A DNA stretch of 64,000 nt, from contig JASGJH010000001.1 in the NCBI GenBank assembly GCA_047601445.1, forward strand, positions 5,472,001 through 5,536,000, given 5' to 3'. This document shows positions 37,708-52,064 of the stretch, piece after piece. Source of the stretch: Myxococcales bacterium. GTDB lineage: Bacteria; Myxococcota_A; Polyangia; Polyangiales; DASUME01. The position numbers were made by a program, and so were the translations under genes. The notes below the pieces were generated by a model that made no database searches, was not told the origin of the DNA, and saw nothing but the letters and a program-made list of their open reading frames with translations. Numbering within the stretch: position 1 is the stretch's first letter; each line of letters begins with the position of its first letter.

Positions 37708-38430
37708 TCAGCCCTTCCCATCGCGGTTGAGATCCTTGGCGACGGCATCGGCGTTGCCCTGCAGGCCCTGCTCGTGCGGATCACCAGGATCGACTTCGCC
37801 GCGGGCGAGCCGCTGGGCGTTGAGCACACCGCCGGCGAACATGCGCACGGCCATGAAGGAGAACATGGCGGGCACGATCAGCTGGAACGCCGCGCCAGGG
37901 GTTTCCATCTTCATGCCGAGGGCGGAGAAGATGCCACGTACGATGCAGTAGGGGCCGGCCACCGACTGAGTGTCCTTGAGCACCTGGGCGCTCGCGTCAC
38001 AGACGTGGATGGCACCCTCAGGGGTCAGCGTCTCGTACGCCGCGGTGAGCTCCTCACCGTTGATAATCACGGCGTCCATGAAGGCGCGCGCGAGGTAGAA
38101 GCAGATCACCGAGCCGATGAACCCGACGAGCATCTGGAAGATGGTGCGCACGAAGGGCGACACGAAACGCGGCACGATATCGATGGCCACGTGCTTGTTG
38201 GCGTGCACGCCGAGCGACGCACCGAGGAAGGCCAGCCAGAGCGTGCCCTTGGTGAGAATGAAGTCTGCCCAGTCCATCCACTCGAGGCCGGCGTTGGCCC
38301 AAGAGATGCCCATGTTGGCGAGGTTGCGCATGAGGGCCTGCGCGAAAGCCATCACCAACATCAGGAGCAACATCCACATCGCGACCGTGGCCTCGCCATG
38401 GGCGATGCCATCGTTGAAACGTTTCAGCAT
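37708..38430 (-). CDS. dctQ: TRAP transporter small permease subunit
   Basis: Four TM helices, WLAFLGASLG...HVAID; directly upstream of dctM. Confidence 0.88.
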   Translation of the reverse strand: MLKRFNDGIAHGEATVAMWMLLLMLVMAFAQALMRNLANMGISWANAGLEWMDWADFILTKGTLWLAFLGASLGVHANKHVAIDIVPRFVSPFVRTIFQMLVGFIGSVICFYLARAFMDAVIINGEELTAAYETLTPEGAIHVCDASAQVLKDTQSVAGPYCIVRGIFSALGMKMETPGAAFQLIVPAMFSFMAVRMFAGGVLNAQRLARGEVDPGDPHEQGLQGNADAVAKDLNRDGKG

Positions 38431-39489
38431 GGTCAACCTCTCGATCCCATGTGGTGGAGGGTCGCGATCATCGCGGCGAGGCCAGCGGGGCCTCGGCGCT
38501 GAATGAGCGCATTGCCTTCGCCATCGGCCGCGGGACCCGACGATGACTCCGACGTTTCTAAGCTGTTATTGGACATGACAAACCCCATATGCACGCGCAG
38601 GGTCGCGCGTCAGTGCTTTTCCAAGACGGGCCGTGTCACGGACCACCTGGGCGTGTGACACAGCGCGCCACGACCAGTGACCGCGCGAACCCCGTGGATG
38701 AGCGCGGAGACCTGCTGCGGGATCGGGCCTCGCTGCTTCAAAAAGCGCGGAAAAAAGCGGCGATCGCGGCAGCATGCTCGACACGGCGCGCGATAGTACA
38801 CGCGCACCTGAGGCCTATCAAGCTGTCCCCAGTTGACGCTCCGTGAGCCTTGGGCTGAAGCAGAAGGAGGCTTTTCCACGCGGGCCCACGCAGCGATCCG
38901 GATTGGCGATCGCTGCGCTGTCGACGCGTCGAGGTGAGAAGCGCACGGACGGGAGCGTCGCGCGGAAGCTCGCCGTTGGTAGCTGGCCAGCGCCTGGCGC
39001 GGCGCGGTCCGGGGGCGCGTTGCGCGGACCGTGAGGACGGGGAGTGCAGGGCGCTGCGCGAGCCACGGCACAGAAGGGCCGGGCTGTACACGAGGCGCCG
39101 CTCGGGGCAGCCGTTGGATGCGGAAGCTGGGCGGCCTGGGCATTCGTTTCGCAGGGGGCGGATCACGGGAGGCACACGAGGGGGATTCCGCGAGACACCC
39201 TGCGGCGGGCCCGGTCCAACCGGGGCGGGCATAGGTGGCGCGAGTGACACCGGCCGCGGCGCGGGGACCCGTGTCATGTGTGGGCCGCGGCAGACCACGT
39301 GGGCCGAGCGGAGTCCGAGCACCACGTCCGACCCGGCTCGGACGTGGCAAAGAGCCTCGCACGGGCCGACTGCTCGAGCCTCACTCATCCGATCCCGAAT
39401 GACACATCACGTGGAGCGCGTGTTCGGGCACACCCAAGCGGCGTTAGCGACATAGAAAGGCTCAATCGTTCCGCGTATCCTGGCCCGAC

Positions 39490-43359
<3,870 letters not shown>

Positions 43360-43552
43360 GAACACGCCCTACCGACGTGCCCGTCCTGGAGTGATGTCGA
43401 ATCACGACAGGCATGTCGCGGGGTGAAGTGAAACGACGACAGCCCTTCACCCCATTCGTTCTTTCACCTTCTCGCGATTCACACCGAACCTCCACGAAAG
43501 CGGGTGATTTCGCGATGGGCGCGCTGGCCTCGGACTTGCACTGGGCGGCCCC

Positions 43553-44080
43553 ATGGACGCTCTCGCAACTCGACTTCGCCCGCTCCGCAGCTGGCTCGCT
43601 CCCGCCCTCGTGCTCTCGTGTCTGTTCTTCCTCACGGACACGGCCGCGGCGCAGCAACAGCCCACGCTCACCTCGCCGGCTCCCTATCAACTCAGCACCA
43701 ACTCCGAGCAGGGGCCGGCCCACATGCCCTCGCTCACCATGCCTCGCTTCGAGCTCGCCTCGGGCATCACTCTGTTGGCCGCGGCCGTGCCGGTCGCCGT
43801 CGTGGCAGGGTTACTGGCAGGCCCACCTTTGTTCGCCGATTGCGAGGACAGCTCCGATCCCTATTGCTCCGAGCGACTCGATGAGAAGGAGGAACGAGGA
43901 CGCGCGGTCGGCATCGTCACGGGGCTCTTGTTTGCGGGATTGGGCACGGTTCTGACCGTCCACGGAGCCCTCCGCATTGGCCGCGTCAAGGCCCAGCGTC
44001 GAGCTCTCCTGCAACCGAGCGCCTTCAACGTGCTGCCCGCCCCCGGACGCGCGGTCGCCCAGGTGAGCTGGCGCTTCTGA
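43553..44080 (+). CDS. Hypothetical exported membrane protein
   Basis: Signal peptide, two hydrophobic segments, C-terminal VSWRF. Confidence 0.6.
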   Translation: MDALATRLRPLRSWLAPALVLSCLFFLTDTAAAQQQPTLTSPAPYQLSTNSEQGPAHMPSLTMPRFELASGITLLAAAVPVAVVAGLLAGPPLFADCEDSSDPYCSERLDEKEERGRAVGIVTGLLFAGLGTVLTVHGALRIGRVKAQRRALLQPSAFNVLPAPGRAVAQVSWRF

Positions 44081-44099
44081 GGTCGCCTGGGGTCCTGGG

Positions 44100-45347
44100 T
44101 CAAACGCGAATGCGCAGCGCGCTGAGCACGAGCCCGCCCACGAACAGAGAGCCGAGCGCCCAGACTAGCTCCTGCCCGGATGCCTCGGTGAAGATCCACA
44201 AGCTCACCAGTGAACCGAGCAGGGGCACCGCATAGCTCCCCACCCTCCCCGCGAGCCCGCCGCGACGACGCAAGGCGAGCACCGCCAGACACGTGGACAG
44301 GTACTGCACGGCGACGCTCACGTTCGACATGCCCAGCAGGGCGCGATAGTCGAAGGCCGCCACCAAACCGCTCACCACCAACGCGGTCACCACCACCGCG
44401 CGATAGGGAGAGTCGAAGCGGGGGTGCACCGCCGCGAGCCCGCGCGGCAGCAGGCCGTCGACCCCCATCGCATAGAGGTAGCGCGGGATGCCCAGCGCGC
44501 TGCCGGAGACGAAACCCAGCGTGGACACGAGGCCTCCACAGAGCACCAGAAACGCCAGCCCTGGCACCACGGCCAGCGCGGCGTCTGCGAGCGGTGCGTC
44601 GCTGGGAGCGGAGAGCTTCGGATAGGACAACACCAAGACCGTCTGCACCACCACGTAGACCAGCGAGGCGGCCAGCAGCGATCCCACGATGGCACGCGGC
44701 ATGGCGCGCTCCGGATCCCGCGTCTCGCCCGCCGGTACCGGCACCACCTCGAAGCCCTGGGCCGCGAACAGCGCGGCGAAGGTCGCAGCGCTCACGCCCG
44801 CGAGACCGCGCGGCAGTTCGGCGCTGTGCTGAGCCAACGAGAGGTGAGGCACGAGCGCGAAGACCAGCGTGAACAGCACCGCGAACTTGGCGAAGGTAAA
44901 GGTGTTGACCGCGCGCGCACCGGGCCTGGCCCCACGGTAGTTCAGGGCCGCGAACGTGAACACGATGACGAGCGCCACCAGCTTCGGCCAAGCCGCTCCG
45001 CTCAGCCGAGGCCAGATGCGCCCCGCATAGGCTGCGGCCGCCGACGCGACCGCCGCGAAGGAGAACATCGAATTGGCCACGCACATCCAGCCCACGGCGA
45101 AGCCCACGCCCGGGCCGAACGCCTCGCGCGCGTACACGTAGGGCCCCCCGGTGCGGTCCACCTTGGAGGCGGCTTCGGCGTAGCAGAGCGCCACCGGGAG
45201 CAGGCCCACCGCGCACAGCAAGAACGCGAGTGGCGAGAGCGAGCCCATGTCGCGTGCCAGGTCGTCGGGCAGCACGAAGATGCCCGACCCCACGATGGCA
45301 TTGAGCCCGATGCAGACCACGTCGAAGAGCGAGAGCGAACGCCGCAC
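44100..45347 (-). CDS. APC-family amino acid permease
   Basis: IVGSGIF, LCYAEA, GGPYVYAREAFG, GFE..AGETRDP. Confidence 0.92.
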   Translation of the reverse strand: MRRSLSLFDVVCIGLNAIVGSGIFVLPDDLARDMGSLSPLAFLLCAVGLLPVALCYAEAASKVDRTGGPYVYAREAFGPGVGFAVGWMCVANSMFSFAAVASAAAAYAGRIWPRLSGAAWPKLVALVIVFTFAALNYRGARPGARAVNTFTFAKFAVLFTLVFALVPHLSLAQHSAELPRGLAGVSAATFAALFAAQGFEVVPVPAGETRDPERAMPRAIVGSLLAASLVYVVVQTVLVLSYPKLSAPSDAPLADAALAVVPGLAFLVLCGGLVSTLGFVSGSALGIPRYLYAMGVDGLLPRGLAAVHPRFDSPYRAVVVTALVVSGLVAAFDYRALLGMSNVSVAVQYLSTCLAVLALRRRGGLAGRVGSYAVPLLGSLVSLWIFTEASGQELVWALGSLFVGGLVLSALRIRV

Positions 45348-45407
45348 AGCGGCCAGAGTGTAAGTGCACTCGCATCTTCACGAAAGAGGTCACGCGAGGT
45401 TCCGCAC

Positions 45408-45431
45408 GGGGGAGGTCACACGACCTCCCCC
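45408..45431. terminator. GC-rich hairpin, possible terminator of the zinc-finger gene
   Basis: gggggaggtc-acac-gacctccccc perfect 10-bp stem; no clear U-tract. Confidence 0.45.
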
Positions 45432-45446
45432 CGGAGTGCCGGGGCC

Positions 45447-45710
45447 TCAGTTCTGGAAGGCTTGCTCGCGCAGCGCGAGCGGCACCGGCTGGAACTCATT
45501 TCGAGCGCCGCCGCAGCTCACGCAAACCACCTCGTCGATCTCATCGATGAGCTCGACGCAGCTCGGGCAGACCTTGGCCTCGCAATACACGCAGACGCAC
45601 TCTGCGATCGCTGGGTAGAGGCCGGTGCAGTGGGCGCACATCTGATAGGCGAGTTCCGTTCGAAGGCCGACACTCGGGCGCACTCCGCCCGCGGCGTGGT
45701 TCGCTGACAT
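45447..45710 (-). CDS. Small four-CxxC zinc-finger protein (87 aa)
   Basis: SD GAGGAG; C-x2-C-x11-C-x2-C-x4-C-x2-C-x11-C-x2-C. Confidence 0.7.
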   Translation of the reverse strand: MSANHAAGGVRPSVGLRTELAYQMCAHCTGLYPAIAECVCVYCEAKVCPSCVELIDEIDEVVCVSCGGARNEFQPVPLALREQAFQN

Positions 45711-45968
45711 GGTTCTCTCCTCGTAGGGGTCTCGACACTGGTCGAGCCGAGTGATGGAACGTCTTACAGCAACAACAACTACGCGAGCGACAGTAACAAG
45801 AACCGGGCCAGCGAAAGGGGTCGCAGAGCACTTTGCCGATTTCGGTGGAGATTTCGCGACTTCCATGGTCTAGCGCGCCGTCCCGATCTCGGAATTTGGA
45901 GGTCGCCCAATTTCGCACAAGAGCGCCTCAGGCTTTCATCCCTGTAGCGCCTGACACCCATGATTCGT

Positions 45969-47711
45969 TCAATCTTGCAAACCCACCCGACGCCGCGCCT
46001 TGGCCGTCACGGTCTGCCCACGCAGCTTGGCGTAGTCACGCCACGGATCGACCTCACCAATCCGGCTCAGCACGCTGCCCACGTGAAACCGCTTTGGATC
46101 GAGCTCCGGCTCGAGCTCGTCCCAGCTCAACGGCGTGGCCACGGTGGCCCCTTCGCGCGCCCGCGTCGAATACGGCGCAATCGCCGTGGCGCCGCGGCCA
46201 TTGCGCAGATAGTCCAAGTAAACGCGGCCCCGGCGCAGGTCCTTGCGCACGTTGGTGAGGTATTTCTTCGGGCTGTCCTGGGCCATCGCCTCGGCCACCG
46301 CCAGTGCGAAAGCTTTGTGAAGCTCCCAATCGAGCTGACGCTTCACCGGCAACACCACGTGCAGCCCCTTGCCTCCCGTGGTCTTCACGAAGCTCACGAG
46401 GCCGAGCTCCACGAGGCGCTGACGCAACTCGAGTGCGGCGTCTACCACGGCGCGAAAGGGCAGACCTTCCGCCGGATCCAGGTCGAACACGAACTGATCG
46501 GGCTGCTCCACTTTGTCGGCGTGGCACGGCCAGGTGTGCACCTCTAGGGCACCGAGCTGCGGCAACGCGAGCAAGCCCGCCACGTCGTCGAGCGCCAGAT
46601 AAGGTTCGAGCTTCTGATTGCGCTCGGGAATCTGTACGCGGCGCAGCACGTGGGGTACGCCGCTGTTGGCGTGCTTCTGATAGAAGCATTTGGCCGCTCG
46701 ACCGTTCGGACAACGCACGAGCGTAAGCGGGCGCCCCTGCACGTGAGGCAACATCAGCCCCGCCACCGAAGCGAAGTAGGCGATGAGCTCGGCCTTGCGC
46801 AGGTTGCGCTCCGGATAGAGCACTTTCTGCAGGTTGCTGAACTCGACGCCCACGGCGAGGTTTCGTACCAGCTCGATCAAGTCACGGGTCGTCGTCTGCT
46901 TGGGCGTTGGGCCCGCCGGCTTCTCCGCACGATTCGAGCGCCACACACGCGTGGGCGCCTGAGCGACCTCCTCGATGGTGCGCCCGCTCAGCGTACTCTC
47001 GGGGCGACTCTCCACGATCTCGCGCGCGTTCGCCTTGGCCTCGCGCGCATCGTGGCCCTTGAACAGGAGCCAGTTCTCTCGCTTGTTCGCCAGTCCCTTG
47101 GTGCGCACCAGGTGAAAGCGCCCGCGGAGCTTCTCGCCCTTCAAGTCGAACGCCAGATGCCCTTTCGCCATGCCAGCGCGCGCATCGCCCTCGGCGGTCC
47201 AGGTCCCATGATCCCATACGATCACCGTGCCGCCCCCGTACTGTCCCTTCGGGATGATGCCTTCGAAGTCGGCGTACTCGGTCGGATGGTCCTCGGTGCG
47301 CACGGCCAGACGCTTCTCCTCGGACTTGAGGCTGGGCCCCTTGGGCACGGACCAGCTCAGGAGCACGTCGTCGAGCTCGAGCCGGAAGTCATAGTGAAGG
47401 TTGCGGGCCGCGTGCTTCTGCACCACGAACTGGCTGCCGCCTGCCAAACGCGGGCGCTTCGCGGTGCGGCCGCTCGGCTCCGGCGTTTGCGCGAAATCAC
47501 GCTTCTCGTGGTAGGTGCGAAGCGCTTCCGGTGCCGCCTTGGAGCGCTTGCGCGAGGTCGTCGCTGGGCGCGTTCGCGTCGCGCCGCGTGCAGAGGTCCC
47601 GGTCTGGGTTCGTTTGCTGCGAGCCGACGCGGCACGCGCCTTGGTGGCGCGCCGAGCAGCCTTGCGAACGGCGGTCTTCTTGGGGCGAGCGGTGGTCGCG
47701 CTGGTCGGCAT
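45969..47711 (-). CDS. ligD: LigD-like 3'-phosphoesterase + primase-polymerase fusion lacking the ligase domain
   Basis: PE: QKHAARNLHYDFRLE, KGPS, TEDHPTEY; POL: RCPNG..FYQKH, FDLDP, KTTGGKGLHV, YLDYLRN; no ligase domain between them. Confidence 0.9.
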   Translation of the reverse strand: MPTSATTARPKKTAVRKAARRATKARAASARSKRTQTGTSARGATRTRPATTSRKRSKAAPEALRTYHEKRDFAQTPEPSGRTAKRPRLAGGSQFVVQKHAARNLHYDFRLELDDVLLSWSVPKGPSLKSEEKRLAVRTEDHPTEYADFEGIIPKGQYGGGTVIVWDHGTWTAEGDARAGMAKGHLAFDLKGEKLRGRFHLVRTKGLANKRENWLLFKGHDAREAKANAREIVESRPESTLSGRTIEEVAQAPTRVWRSNRAEKPAGPTPKQTTTRDLIELVRNLAVGVEFSNLQKVLYPERNLRKAELIAYFASVAGLMLPHVQGRPLTLVRCPNGRAAKCFYQKHANSGVPHVLRRVQIPERNQKLEPYLALDDVAGLLALPQLGALEVHTWPCHADKVEQPDQFVFDLDPAEGLPFRAVVDAALELRQRLVELGLVSFVKTTGGKGLHVVLPVKRQLDWELHKAFALAVAEAMAQDSPKKYLTNVRKDLRRGRVYLDYLRNGRGATAIAPYSTRAREGATVATPLSWDELEPELDPKRFHVGSVLSRIGEVDPWRDYAKLRGQTVTAKARRRVGLQD

Positions 47712-47732
47712 GGGAGAGAGGTAAGCGCCAGC

Positions 47733-47747
47733 GCAATGGGCGCCCCA
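47733..47747 (-). promoter_or_regulatory. Possible sigma54 promoter upstream of ligD
   Basis: Minus strand TGGGGCGCCCATTGC (GG-N10-GC); -24 box imperfect. Confidence 0.35.
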
Positions 47748-47970
47748 AACGGGGACACGTGAATTGTGTGAGCAGACGGGCTAGCCGACGCCTGACCCGC
47801 GCCGAATTCGCGTCACTTCGCACAGACCCAAGTGAGCTCGTGAGGGTCCACGCGGCCCGCGGTGCTCCCAATCTGGGACACGAGGTTTCTCCTCAACCCC
47901 TCGGCCTGCTAGCCTTGCTGAATGCCCCGCCGAGACCCCGCGGGGCAGACGCCAGATTGGGAGGCAGTTT

Positions 47971-48285
47971 GTGAGGCACGTCATCCGGCACGACCTAACA
48001 CCCGAGCAACTTAGACTCGCGGTGCAACGGTTTGCGGACGTCTATTGCCAGCGCTTCTCCGAGTACGGAACCACCACCGAGTGGACCAGCCAAGACCGCG
48101 TGGAAGTCCGCTTCAAGGTGAAGGGCATCAAGCTGGCTGGCTCGCTCGAGCTCTTGCCCCGTGAGATCGGCATCGACATGGACGTGCCGCTGCCGCTGAG
48201 GCTGTTCAAGAGCCGGGCCGTCGCAGCCATCGAAGAAGAAGTCACGCCGTGGCTGGCCAAGGCCAAGAACGGCGAGCTCGGCTAA
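47971..48285 (+). CDS. Polyhydroxyalkanoic acid system family-like small protein
   Basis: H.I.HDL...W...V.F.VKG..L.G.L...I.MDVP..L..F pattern; SD GGAGG. Confidence 0.65.
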   Translation: MRHVIRHDLTPEQLRLAVQRFADVYCQRFSEYGTTTEWTSQDRVEVRFKVKGIKLAGSLELLPREIGIDMDVPLPLRLFKSRAVAAIEEEVTPWLAKAKNGELG

Positions 48286-48290
48286 AAGCA

Positions 48291-48321
48291 AACCGCGCCC
48301 GCTCGATGGAGGGGCGCGGTT
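48291..48321. terminator. Hairpin between convergent genes
   Basis: aaccgcgccc / gggcgcggtt 10-bp stem. Confidence 0.5.
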
Positions 48322-48334
48322 GGGATGTGGGTCG

Positions 48335-48571
48335 CTATTCCTCTTTGGCGGCGGCTTTGCGCTTGGCCTTGCTGGCCTTGGCCTTGGGTTGGACCACGGG
48401 GCCTTCGACCGTGACCGTGAAGTGCTGTTCGGCCACGCTGGTCAGGAAGGTGCGCTCGCCCGAGGCGAAGCGAACGCGCACCGCGCCCTTGTCGACCATA
48501 AGGACTTCTCCAGCACCCAGCTCGGAGAGTTTGGCGTGGATAACGAATGAACCTGGAACGATGAGAGACAT
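48335..48571 (-). CDS. Small SH3-like hypothetical protein with basic tail
   Basis: VIHAKLSELGAGEVL...VRVRFASGERTF; Lys/Ala-rich C-terminus. Confidence 0.6.
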   Translation of the reverse strand: MSLIVPGSFVIHAKLSELGAGEVLMVDKGAVRVRFASGERTFLTSVAEQHFTVTVEGPVVQPKAKASKAKRKAAAKEE

Positions 48572-48736
48572 GCAGCTCCGACGGCAATGCCACCGCGAGG
48601 CAGCTTTGCTCCACAGTACCAGGTATTTGCGCGGAGCGCCTCGTCTCGTAAGCAGTCGCCCAGAATCTACGCCGCCCGGTGGTCGAAGCGGGCGGTTCCG
48701 CCCACGAGAAAACCATGGCCGGGCGTACCCTCGCCC

Positions 48737-49189
48737 TCAGCGCTCCGTGGCGATGTTCACCACGACGCGGTGCCCATCGAGCTCGCTATGGTGGGTGGCG
48801 CTGATGATCCGCGGCGCGTCCTTGCGGTCGACCAAGGTGACGAAGCCGAAATTCCGGCTGGCTCCCGTCTCGCGGTTCGTGATGACCACCGCCTCGATGA
48901 GGGGGGCGTGAGCCTCGAAGTGCCGGCGCAGCCCGGCACTCGTGGTGATGTCGGAGAGGCTCCCGACGAACAACTTGGCGGGGATCGGTTGCGCGCTACG
49001 GTCGACGTTCTTCGAGTCCAGAGACGCCATGATCGTCTCGATGGACGGGACGTCGCCGATGATGCTTTCCGAGCTGACGATCTCGGGACCGCTACGGGGC
49101 GCGAAGCGCCGATCTTGCCGGCGCCGCTCCTTTTCACGCTGTTTGTTGAGCTGTTTTTGCTCGCGTTCTCGCTTGTTGGGCGTGGTCAC
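48737..49189 (-). CDS. RRM-domain RNA-binding protein
   Basis: RNP2 KLFVGSL, RNP1 RNFGFVTL; basic coiled-coil N-terminus; GTG start inferred. Confidence 0.88.
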   Translation of the reverse strand: MTTPNKREREQKQLNKQREKERRRQDRRFAPRSGPEIVSSESIIGDVPSIETIMASLDSKNVDRSAQPIPAKLFVGSLSDITTSAGLRRHFEAHAPLIEAVVITNRETGASRNFGFVTLVDRKDAPRIISATHHSELDGHRVVVNIATER

Positions 49190-49456
49190 GTGCACCCCCG
49201 GGTTGGGCTGATGCCGTTGTTGCGCTCGCTCCGCGTTGATTTCGTCAGGACTCACCTGCTTGTGCGTTGGACCTGAAAAGACCGGCACCAAGGGCCGTTC
49301 CCCAAGCCTAGCGCTTCGTTGCGCCTGGAACGACCACGATCGCTCATAGGAAAAAAACCCCGGGGATCCCGCCGGCTCTGCGCACCCCTGCGACCGGGGC
49401 CCCTGAAGCTACGCCTGGGCGGGGTCGGGACGCCGGGGTCCGCCGGAGGGCCCGGC

Positions 49457-50902
49457 TCAGCGCGCCTGGTAGAGCGAGAGGAGCCCCACGTACAGGAAGC
49501 CCACCATGAAGAGCACCAGGAAGGGGATGCTCATGTAGCTGCCCGTGTAGGCGGCGAGCCCAATGGTGAACACAAAGTACATGCCGAACAGCACTTCGAG
49601 CACCGTGGCGATGTTCTTGCTCGCCTTGTAGTTCTTCTTCTTCTTCCAGTTGTCGCTCTTCTGCGTGATGCCGTGCTTGGGCGTGCGCACGAACTCGGCG
49701 TCGCGGCTGAACAGCCCCTCGAGCACCGCGTGGGCGTTGTTCAGGCTGAGGCCGATGCCGAGCGCCATCATCAAGGGCAGGCGCTTCGCGGCATCCCACC
49801 AGTTCTGGTACAGGAAGTGGTGCGTGCTCAGGTAGAACAGGATGATCGAGCCCGAGGTCGCCAGGAAGAGCGGCACGTCGAGCAGCAGGAGCTCGGGGTT
49901 GTTCATCTCCTTGCGCATCAGCATGTTGGGCAGCTGAAGGCAGGCGAGAGCCACCAGGAACAGGTAGGCGAAGTTATTGGTGAGGTGGAAGACAGCTTCC
50001 ATCTTGATGCGCCAGGGCAAGTCCGAGCGCAGCACCATGGGCAGGATCTTCTTGGTGGTCTGGGCAGACCCCTTGGCCCAGCGGAACTGCTGGCCCTTGA
50101 AGCTGTTCATCTCACAGGGCACCTCAGCGGGCGCCACGGCCTCGGGCACGTACACGAAGCGCCAGCCGCGGATCTGCGCGCGGAAGGAGAGATCCATGTC
50201 TTCGGTGATGGTGTCGTGCTGCCAGCCACCCGCGTCGATGATGGCGGTCTTGCGCCAGATGCCGGCGGTGCCGTTAAAGTTGAAGAAGCGGCCCGAGCGG
50301 TTGCGCGCGATGTGCTCGATGACGAAGTGCCCGTCGAGCATCATGGCCTGGGCGCGCGTGAGCATGGAGTAGTTGCGGTTCAGGTGATCCCAGCGTGCCT
50401 GCACCATGGCCACCTTGGGATCCGTGAAGTGATGGATCAGGTGGTGGATGATGCCGGGGTTCGGGACGAAGTCGGCGTCGAACACCATGAGGAAGGCGCC
50501 CTTGGCGATCTTCATGCCCTGCTCGAGCGCGCCAGCCTTGAAGCCCGTGCGATCGGTGCGGTGGATGTGGCTGATGTCGAAGCCACGCGCCTTCAGCTCC
50601 GCCACCTTGCGGCTCACGATTTCCGTGGTCTCGTCGATGGAGTCGTCGAGCACCTGCAGCTCGAGCTTGTCCTTCGGGTAGTCGATCAGCGCCACGCTCT
50701 CGAGCAGACGCTCGGCCACGTAGAGCTCGTTGAACATCGGGAGCTGGATCGTGATGTGGGGCAGCTCTTTGAACTGCTCGTGGGGGTCGATGCGATGGTC
50801 CCGGTGCTTCCAGAACAGGTAGACCAAATGGGCGCGATGGAAGCCGTAGACACCGAGGATGGTCAGCGTGACCAGGTACAGCACAATGATCGCGACATCC
50901 AT
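49457..50902 (-). CDS. Processive GT2 glycosyltransferase (cellulose/mannan synthase-like)
   Basis: [36 protein letters not shown] (QxxRW); C-terminal TMs. Confidence 0.92.
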   Translation of the reverse strand: MDVAIIVLYLVTLTILGVYGFHRAHLVYLFWKHRDHRIDPHEQFKELPHITIQLPMFNELYVAERLLESVALIDYPKDKLELQVLDDSIDETTEIVSRKVAELKARGFDISHIHRTDRTGFKAGALEQGMKIAKGAFLMVFDADFVPNPGIIHHLIHHFTDPKVAMVQARWDHLNRNYSMLTRAQAMMLDGHFVIEHIARNRSGRFFNFNGTAGIWRKTAIIDAGGWQHDTITEDMDLSFRAQIRGWRFVYVPEAVAPAEVPCEMNSFKGQQFRWAKGSAQTTKKILPMVLRSDLPWRIKMEAVFHLTNNFAYLFLVALACLQLPNMLMRKEMNNPELLLLDVPLFLATSGSIILFYLSTHHFLYQNWWDAAKRLPLMMALGIGLSLNNAHAVLEGLFSRDAEFVRTPKHGITQKSDNWKKKKNYKASKNIATVLEVLFGMYFVFTIGLAAYTGSYMSIPFLVLFMVGFLYVGLLSLYQAR

Positions 50903-51016
50903 GGGGGGAGCCTGCTCCGAGTAAGGGACTAGTCCGCCACCATCGGTAGCAAATGCCGCTGCAATCGTTGTCACCCAGATGTAATTCTTTGTCACACGTG
51001 GGCAATAGAGCTGAAA

Positions 51017-51367
51017 TCAGCCCTGTTTGGGCTTGGTGGCCCCGGGCTCCAGCAGCCGCTGGTAGCGACGCTCGTGACGCGCCCAGACAATCCCCAAAAC
51101 CAGGCCGGCGGCGACCAGGGCGATGACCACGTTCATCAGCACCGTGGCGGTGACGGCGTACATGGTCAGGGCGCCCGGCTCGAAGGTCCGCTGCTCGATC
51201 TGACCCACCACCGTGAAGGGGTTCACCGCCAGGGGCCAGAACACGAACATGCCGCCCCAGGCCAGCACCAGGGCCACGAGGGCGGCCGGAAGGATGTAGA
51301 GGCCAACCGACTTGCGCGCCTTGCGGCGCTCCAAGAACTGGTGATCGGAATGGGGAGCTTGGGTCAT
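51017..51367 (-). CDS. Small two-TM membrane protein
   Basis: Two hydrophobic helices; start at MTQAPH. Confidence 0.6.
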   Translation of the reverse strand: MTQAPHSDHQFLERRKARKSVGLYILPAALVALVLAWGGMFVFWPLAVNPFTVVGQIEQRTFEPGALTMYAVTATVLMNVVIALVAAGLVLGIVWARHERRYQRLLEPGATKPKQG

Positions 51368-51491
51368 GCGATCCGAAGGGTGCCCAAAGGTAGGCAATGT
51401 AGCAAATTGACCGCCAAATCCGCGTTGAAACGGGCGCCCGCAAGCGTTTTTGCTCAGAAGCCCACAGGGGATCCACTCACCACACTCGCAT

Positions 51492-51881
51492 ATGCTTCCG
51501 CCGCCCGCGCGCCCCCGAGCCAACGTCCTCATCCTGGATGACGACGCCGGTGTGCGCGACGTGTGCACGAGCCTGCTGCACGCCCTCGGTTATGGAGCCT
51601 CAGGCGCCGAAGACCGGGCCCAGGCGCTGGCGACCCTACGTGGGGACGGCGCCCAGGTCGCCCTGGCCATGGTGGACCTGGAGCTACCCGGGGCCCAGGA
51701 CGGCAGCCTGGTGCGCGCCCTCAAGGTTCAGCAGCCCGAGCTGCGCGTGCTGCTCATGAGCGGCCGCCCCCGCGCGGACCTGTCGCGCTTCCTGGCCATC
51801 GGCGCCGACGCCGTGCTCGAAAAGCCCTTTCGTTTGGGTGAGCTGGACCAGTCCCTCGACGTCGCCCTCGCGCGCGCCTGA
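51492..51881 (+). CDS. Single-domain response regulator
   Basis: ILDDD, MVDLELP, LMSG, EKPF. Confidence 0.85.
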   Translation: MLPPPARPRANVLILDDDAGVRDVCTSLLHALGYGASGAEDRAQALATLRGDGAQVALAMVDLELPGAQDGSLVRALKVQQPELRVLLMSGRPRADLSRFLAIGADAVLEKPFRLGELDQSLDVALARA

Positions 51882-52064
51882 ACCGGGGACTTCGACCGCT
51901 TCTTGAATCCTCCCCCGCGGACCGTCGTCGCCCTCCCCCGAGCGCGTTCGGCGGCTGGCGGCGCCGTGTGAGGCCCCGGAGCCAGCACGCTCGAAAGCTT
52001 GCCGGCCGTTTGGCGCGGCACGCACAATGGAGCGACTGACGGGCGGGAGGCTTTCGTGGGCGGC

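Noticed and set aside
38610..39455. 170-250 aa ORFs in the dctQ-kinase gap
   Set aside because: Arg/Pro/Ala-rich, no motifs, mutually overlapping; not credible as genes by eye
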